NCBI RefSeq assembly: GCF_054903095.1
Contig: NZ_CM142801.1
Strand: one strand, 5' to 3'
Length of the DNA stretch: 32,000 nt
This document shows positions 1-9,000 of the stretch, one piece after another. The position numbers and the translations under genes were made by a program. The first letter of the stretch is position 1; each line of letters starts with the position of its first letter. Under the pieces are notes generated by a model. That model was not told the DNA's origin and searched no databases. It saw only the letters and a list, made by a program, of their open reading frames with translations.

Positions 1-3000
1 AAGCTGGTCTATGAACAATATTATGGCGATGAAGTGGCGCTGTTTGGTAAAGACGAGCGACAAAATGATCCTCACGCGATTACCGCAGGTTTGAGTTACA
101 CCCCCGTTCCCCTGATCTCCTTTAGTGCCGAGCAACGGCAGGGCAAACAGGGAGAAAACGACACCCGAATTGGTATGGAGTTGACGTTGCAACCCGGTCA
201 TTCACTGCAAAAACAGCTCGATCCGGCTGAAGTTGCAGCACGACGCAGCCTTGTGGGCAGTCGCTATGACCTGGTCGATCGTAATAACAATATTGTCCTC
301 GAATATCGCAAGAAAGAGCTGGTGCGGCTGACGCTGACCGATCCGTTGAAAGGCAAGCCGGGTGAGGTTAAATCGCTGGTTTCTTCCTTGCAAACCAAAT
401 ATGCGCTGAAAGGTTATGACATTGAAGCCGCCTCCCTGCAATCAGCGGGCGGAAAAGTAGCTGTTTCCGGCAAGGATATTCAGGTCACCATTCCTCCCTA
501 CCGATTCACGGCAATGCCTGAAACCGACAACACTTACCCGATAGCGGTTACAGCGGAAGATTCGAAAGGAAATTTCTCCCGGCGTGAAGAAAGTATGGTG
601 GTCGTGGAAAAACCCACACTAAGCCTCGCCGATTCAACGCTTTCTGTCGATCTGCAAATCCTGCTTGCTGATGGAAAATCAACCTCAACGCTGACCTATA
701 CCGCGCGAGATTCCAGCGGCAAGCCGATCCCCGGTATGACGTTAAAAACACAGGCAAAAGGTTTGCAGGATTTCGCCTTAAGCGAATGGAAAGACAACGG
801 TAACGGAACCTATACCCAAATAGTTACCGCCGGGAAGACGTCTGGCGCGTTATCGCTGATGCCGCAATTTAACGGCGACAATGTTGCTAAGACGCCGGCG
901 CTGATTGCTATCGTGGCGAATACAGCATCCCGCGCTGACTCCACGATTGAGACAGACCAGGATAATTACGTCGCGGGTAAGCCGATAGTCGTTAAAGTGA
1001 CCCTGAGAGATGATAACGGCAACGGGGTTACCGGAAGAAAAGAACTTCTTAAACAAGCCGTTAAAGTAGACAACACGAAGGCTGATGCCGTTAGTGCCTG
1101 GACGGAAGAAAGTGAGGGAATTTATAAAGCAAGCTATACGGCCCATCTTATTGGCGACAAATTAACGGCCCAGCTGACGATGCCCGGCTGGAAAACCAAA
1201 CATTCGGATGCGTTCAGTATTGCGGGTGATAAAGATACCGCCAAAATCGCTGCGATGCAGATCACCGCGAATAACGCAGTTGCCAGACGCGATCACAATA
1301 CCGTCGCTGTGACGGTCAGGGATGTGCATCAAAATTTACTGCAGGGACAAAATGTTACCTTCACGGTCGTGAATGGTGCGGCGGTTTTTGCCGATCCAAA
1401 TGGCGGTATTGTGACGACAGATAAAGACGGGATTGCCAGCATTAACCTTGCCAGTGACCAGGCGGTAAACAGTCTTATCAAGGCCGAGATCAATGGCAGT
1501 AGTCAGTCTGTGGAAGTGAGCTTTATCACTGGCGATATCTCGCAGCTGACCTCCACCATCAAAACGGACGATGTGACATACACCGCGGGTGGCCAGATAA
1601 AAGTGTCCGTCACCCTTATGGATGAGCAGAAAAACCTGGTGAAAGGGATGGCTTCGCTGCTGGCGGGTAGCGGTGTGGTCGAGGTGAGCGGTACAGATAA
1701 AAATGAAACGGGTAACTGGAGCGAAGAGTCTGACGGCGTTTACACCACCACCCGAACCGCGAAGATTGCTGGCGATCGCCATTACGCCACGCTGAAACTA
1801 TCGACATGGAGTAGCGCGCAGCAATCCGATGCGTATGCCATCCGCGAAAGCGGAGCTGTGCTGGCTTATTCCTCCATCGTTACCGACAAAACGGCCTACA
1901 CCGCGGGCGGTGCGATAAAAGTTACGGTGACACTCAAGGATAGCTATGAAAACCTGGTCGGGGGGCAACGATACGCTATCAACCAGGCTATCCAGCTGCC
2001 AAATACAAAAGCGGAAAGCATCGCCTGGAATGAAGATCAAAAAGGAATTTATACCGCAACGTATACCGCATTACTCCCTGGCACCGGTTTAAAAGCACAG
2101 CTACAGATGTCCGGCTGGGCGAGCGCTTTGACTTCAAATGATTACAGTATTAGTGGCGATGCCGCCAGCGCACAAATTGTCGCGATGCAAGTGACAACGG
2201 GTAACCCGGATGTGCTGGCGAATGGCAGCGATCGACATACGGTGAATGTCCGGGTGGAAGATCAGTTTGGCAATGTGCTGCCGGAGCAGACCGTCACCTT
2301 TACGGTGACGAAGGGGGCGGCTGTATTTGCCAATGCAGGGCAGAGCGCAGATATCAGGACGGATGCGCATGGCATGGCAGAGGTTGATCTGAGCAGTACC
2401 GTAGCGGATGCCAGCACTGTTGAGGCTAAGGTTAATCAAAGCAGCGATAGTAAAACGGTGAACTTTGTTGCTGATGTTAGCACGGCGCAGGTCGCGGAGC
2501 TGGTGGTCATTAAGGATGGTTCAGAGGCGGACGGTTCGACGGCGAACACGCTGCGGGTGAAGGTCACCGATGCGTTCGGTAATACGCTTGCCGGGCAGAC
2601 GGTCAGCGTGTTGGCAGGCAACGGTGCCACGACTGCTCCGACAGTCACTACGCAGCCGGATGGCACGGTGGAGATCTCTGTCACCAGCCAGACGGCCGGA
2701 ACCAGTGCGGTCACTGCCAGCATCAACACCAGCAGCCAGAGCCGGGATGTGACATTTATCGCAGATGTCGGGACGGCGAAGATCGCTGATCTGGTGGTCA
2801 TTAAGGATGGTTCAGAGGCGGACGGTTCGACGGCGAACACGCTGCGGGTGAGGGTGACGGATGCGTTCGGGAACACGCTAGCCGGGCAGACGGTCAGCGT
2901 GTTGGCGGACAACGGCGCAACGACAGCCCCAACGGTCATCACAGAGCCGGACGGGACGTTGGAGATCTCAGTCACCAGCCAGACGGCGGGAGTCAGTGCA

Positions 3001-6000
3001 GTCACTGCAACCATCAACAGCAGTACTCAGAGTCAGAACGTGACATTTATCGCCGATGTCAGGACGGCGAAGATCGCGGATCTGGTGGTCATTAAGGATG
3101 GTTCAGAGGCGGACGGTTCGACGGCGAACACGCTGCGGGCGAGGGTCACCGATGCGTTCGGTAATGCACTTGCCGGACAGACGGTCAGCGTGTTGGCGGA
3201 CAACGGCGCAACGGTTGCTTCGACCGTCACCACAGAGCCGGACGGCACGGTGGAGATCAGTGTCACCAGCCAGACGGCAGGCACCAGTGCGGTCACTGCC
3301 AGCATTAACAACAGCACCCTGAGTCAGAACGTGACATTTATCGCCGATGTCAGGACGGCGAAGATCGCAGACCTGGTGGTCATTAAGGACGACTCAGTGG
3401 CAGACGGTGCAATGGCGAATATGCTGCGGGCGAGGGTCACCGATGCGTTCGGTAATGCGCTTGCCGGACAGACGGTCAGCGTGTTGGCAGGCAACGGTGC
3501 CACGACTGCTCCGACGGTCACCACGCAGCCGGACGGCACGGTGGAGATCTCTGTCACCAGCCAGACCGCCGGAACCAGTGCGGTCACCGCCAGCATCAAC
3601 AACAGCAGCCAGAGCCGGAACGTGACGTTTATTGCCGATGTCAGCACGGCGAAGATCGCGGACCTGGTGGTCATTAAGGACGACTCAGTGGCAGACGGCG
3701 CAATGGCGAATACGCTGCAGGTGAAGGTGACCGATGCGTTCGGGAATACACTTGCCGGGCAGACGGTCAGCGTGACGGCAGGCAACGGCGCAACGGTTGC
3801 TCCGGTGGTCACCACGCAGCCGGACGGCACGGTGGAAATCAGTGTCACCAGCCAGACGGCGGGAGTCAGTGCAGTCACTGCAACCATCAACAGCAGTACT
3901 CAGAGTCAGAACGTGACATTTATCGCCGATGTCAAGACGGCGAAGATCGCGGATCTGGTGGTCATTAAGGACGACTCAGTGGCAGACGGTGCAATGGCGA
4001 ACACGCTGCGGGTGAAGGTCACCGATGCGTTCGGTAATGCGCTTGCCGGACAGACGGTCAGCGTGTTGGCAGGCAACGGTGCCACGACTGCTCCGACGGT
4101 CACCACGCAGCCGGACGGCACGGTGGAGATCTCTGTCACCAGCCAGACGGCAGGCACCAGTGCGGTCACTGCCAGCATCAACAGCAGCAGCCTGAGCCGG
4201 AACGTGACGTTTGTTGCCGATGTCAGGACGGCGAAGATCGCGAGTCTGGAGGTGACGCAGGATAACTCAGTGGCTGACGGCGCAATGGCGAACACGCTGC
4301 GGGTGAAGGTCACCGATGCGTTCGGGAATGCGCTGAATGGACAGACGGTCAGCGTGATGGCGGACAACGGCGCAACGGTTGCCCCGACGGTGATCACCGA
4401 GCCGGACGGCACGGTGGAAATCAGTGTCACCAGCCAGACGGCGGGAGTCAGTGCAGTCACTGCAACCATCAACAGCAGTAGCCAGAGTCAGAACGTGATA
4501 TTTATCGCCGATGTCAGCACGGCGAAGATCGCTGATCTGGTGGTCATTAAGGATGGTTCAGAGGCGGACGGTTCGACGGCGAACACGCTGCGGGTGAGGG
4601 TGACCGATGCGTTCGGGAACACACTAGCCGGGCAGACGGTCAGCGTGTTGGCGGATAACGGCGCAACGGTCACTCCGACTGTCATCACAGGGCAGGACGG
4701 CACAGTGGAGATCAGTGTCACCAGTCAGACGGCGGGCACCAGTGCGGTCACTGCAACCATCAACAGCAGCAGCCAGAGCCGGGATGTGACGTTTGTTGCC
4801 GATGTCAGGACGGCGAAGATCGCTGATCTGGTGGTCATTAAGGACGACTCAGTGGCTGACGGTGCAATGGCGAATATGCTGCGGGCGAGGGTCACCGATG
4901 CATTCGGGAATGCGCTGAATGGACAGACGGTCAGCGTGACGGCAGACAACAGCGCAACGGTGTCTCCGACGGTCACTACAGAGCCGGACGGCACGGCGGA
5001 GATCTCTGTCACCAGCCAGACCGCCGGAATCAGTGCGGTCACTGCAACCATCAACAACAGCACCGCGAGCCAGAACGTGATGTTTATCGCCGATGTCAGG
5101 ACGGCGAAGATCGCGGACCTGGTGGTCATTAAGGACGACTCAGTGGCAGACGGTGCAATGGCGAATATGCTGCGGGTGAAGGTCACCGATGCATTCGGTA
5201 ATGCGCTTACCGGTCAGACGGTCAGCGTGATGGCAGGCAACGGCGCAACGGTTGCCCCAACGGTGATTACAGAGCCGGACGGCACGGCGGAGATCAGTGT
5301 CACCAGCCAGACGGCGGGAGTCAGTGCAGTCACTGCCAGTATCAACAACAGCACCCTGAGCCGGGACGTGACGTTTATTGCGGATGTCAGGACGGCGCAG
5401 ATCGCGGACCTGGTGGTCATTAAGGACGGCTCAGTGGCAGACGGTTCGACGGCGAACACGCTGCGGGCGAGGGTCACGGATGCGTTCGGTAATACGCTTG
5501 CCGGGCAGACGGTCAGCGTGATGGCAGGCAACGGTGCCACGACTGCTCCGACGGTCACCACGCAGCCGGACGGCACGGTGGAGATCTCTGTCACCAGCCA
5601 GACCGCCGGAACCAGTGCGGTCACCGCCAGCATCAACAACAGCAGCCAGAGCCGGGACGTGACGTTTATCGCCGATGTCAGGACGGCGCAGATTGCGGTG
5701 CTGGAAGTGACGCAGGATAACGCCGTGGCTGACGGCGCAATGGCGAATACGCTGCGGGCGAGGGTGACCGATGCGTTCGGTAATACGCTTGCCGGGCAGA
5801 CGGTCAGCGTGATGGCAGGCAACGGCGCAACGGTCGCTCCGACTGTCATCACAGGGCAGGACGGGACGGTGGAAATCAGTGTCACCAGCCAGACGGCGGG
5901 CACCAGTGCGGTCACCGCCAGCATCAACAGCAGTACCGCGAGCCGGAACGTCACGTTTATCGCCGATGTCAGGACGGCGCAGATCGCGGATCTGGTGGTC

Positions 6001-9000
6001 ATTAAGGACGACTCAGTGGCAGACGGTGCAATGGCGAATATGCTGCGGGCGAGGGTCACCGATGCGTTCGGTAATGCGCTTGCCGGACAGACGGTCAGCG
6101 TGATGGCAGGCAACGGTGCCACGACTGCTCCGACGGTCACCACGCAGCCGGACGGCACGGTGGAGATCAGTGTCACCAGTCAGACCGCCGGAATCAGTGC
6201 GGTCACCGTCAGCATCAACAACAGCACCCTGAGCCAGAACGTGACATTTATCGCTGATGTCAGGACGGCGCAGATCGCGGATCTGGTGGTCATTAAGGAT
6301 GGTTCAGAGGCGGACGGTTTGACGGCGAACACGCTACGGGCGAGGGTGACCGATGCGTTCGGTAATGCGCTTGCCGGGCAGACGGTCAGCGTGACGGCAG
6401 GCAACGGCGCAACGGTTGCTCCGACGGTGATTACAGAGCTGGACGGTATGGTGGAGATCAGTGTCACCAGCCAGACGGCGGGCACCAGTACAGTCACTGC
6501 CGGTATCAACAACAGCAGTCAGAGCCGGAACGTGACATTTGTCGCCGATGTCAGGACGGCGCAGATCGCGGATCTGGTCGTTAGCCAGGATAACGCCGTG
6601 GCTGACGGCGCAATGGCGAACACGCTGCGGGCGAGGGTGACCGATGCGTTCGGTAATACGCTTGCCGGGCAGACGGTCAGCGTGACGGCAGGCAACGGCG
6701 CAACGGTTGCTCCGACGGTGATTACAGAGCCGGACGGTATGGTGGAGATCAGTGTCACCAGCCAGACGGCGGGCACCAGTACAGTCACTGCCGGTATCAA
6801 CAACAGCAGTCAGAGCCGGAACGTGACATTTGTCGCCGATGTCAGGACGGCGCAGATCGCGGATCTGGTCGTTAGCCAGGATAACGCCGTGGCTGACGGC
6901 GCAATGGCGAACACGCTGCGGGTGAAGGTCACCGATGCGTTCGGTAATGTGCTTGCCGGGCAGACGGTCAGCGTGTTGGCAGGCAACGGTGCCACGACTG
7001 CTCCGACGGTCACCACGCAGCCGGACGGGACGGCGGAGATCTCTGTCACCAGCCAGACCGCCGGAATCAGTGCGGTCACTGCCAGTATCAACAACAGCAC
7101 CGCGAGCCAGAACGTGATGTTTATCGCCGATGTCAGGACGGCGAAGATCGCGGATCTGGTGGTTATTAAGGATGGTTCAGAGGCGGACGGTTCGACGGCG
7201 AACACGCTGCGGGCGAGGGTGACCGATGCATTCGGTAATACGCTGGGCGGGCAGACGGTCAGCGTGTTGGCGGATAACGGCGCAACGGTCGCTTCGACGA
7301 TGACCACTCAGCCGGATGGCACGGTGGAGATCAGTGTCACCAGCCAGACGGCGGGCACCAGTACAGTCACTGCAACCATCAACAACAGCACCCTGAGTCA
7401 GAACGTGATGTTTATCGCCGATGTCAGCACGGCGCAGATCGCGAGTCTGGAGGTGACGCAGGATAACTCAGTGGCTGACGGCGCAATGGCGAACATGCTG
7501 CGGGCGAGGGTGACCGATGCGTTCGGTAATGCGCTTGCCGGACAGACGGTCAGCGTGATGGCAGGCAACGGTGCCACGACTGCTCCGACGGTCACCACGC
7601 AGCCGGACGGCACGGTGGAGATCTCTGTCACCAGCCAGACGGCGGGGATCAGTACAGTCACCGCAACCATCAACAGCAGCAGTCAGAGCCGGGATGTGAC
7701 ATTTATCGCCGATGTCAGGACGGCGCAGATCGCGGATCTAGAGGTCACCCGGGATAACTCAGTGGCAGACGGCGCAATGGCGAATATGCTGCGGGCGAGG
7801 GTGACGGATGCGTTCGGTAATGCGCTTGGCGGGCAGACGGTCAGCGTGTTGGCGGACAACGGCGTAACGACTGCCCCGACGGTGATCACCGAGCAGGACG
7901 GCACGGTGGAGATCAGTGTCACCAGCCAGACGGCGGGCACCAGTGCCGTCACCGCCAGTATCAACAGCAGTACCGCGAGCCGGAACGTGACGTTTATCGC
8001 CGATGTCAGGACGGCGCAGATCGCGAGTCTGGAGGTGACGCAGGATAACGCCGTGGCTGACGGCGCAATGGCGAACACGCTGCGGGTGAGGGTGACGGAT
8101 GCGTTCGGGAACACGCTAGCCGGGCAGACGGTCAGCGTGTTGGCGGACAACGGCGCAACGACAGCCCCGACGGTCATCACAGAGCCGGACGGGACGTTGG
8201 AGATCTCAGTCACCAGCCAGACGGCGGGAGTCAGTGCAGTCACTGCAACCATCAACAGCAGTACTCAGAGTCAGAACGTGACATTTATCGCCGATGTCAG
8301 GACGGCGAAGATCGCGGATCTGGTGGTCATTAAGGATGGTTCAGAGGCGGACGGTTCGACGGCGAACACGCTGCGGGCGAGGGTCACCGATGCGTTCGGT
8401 AATGCACTTGCCGGACAGACGGTCAGCGTGTTGGCGGACAACGGTGCAGCGGTCGCTCCGACGGTCACCACGCATCCGGACGGCACGGTGGAGATCTCTG
8501 TCACCAGTCAGACGGCGGGAGTCAGTACAGTCACTGCCAGCATCAACAGCAGCAGTCAGAGCCGGGATGTGACATTTATCGCCGATGCCAGCACGGCGCA
8601 GATCGCGGACCTGGTGGTCATTAAGGATGGTTCAGAGGCGGACGGTTCGACGGTGAACACGCTGCGGGCGAGGGTGACCGATGCATTCGGTAATACGCTG
8701 GGCGGACAGACGGTCAGCGTGTTGGCGGACAACGGTGCAACGGTTTCCCCGACGGTCACCACGCAGCCGGACGGTACGGTGGAGATCTCAGTCACCAGTC
8801 AGACGGCGGGAGTCAGTACAGTCACTGCCAGCATCAACAACAGCAGCCTGAGCCGGAACGTGACGTTTGTCGCCGATGTCAGGACGGCGAAGATAGCGGA
8901 TCTGGTGGTTATTAAGGATGGTTCAGAGGCGGACGGTTCGACGGCGAACACGCTGCGGGCGAGGGTGACCGATGCGTTCGGTAATACGCTTGCCGGACAG

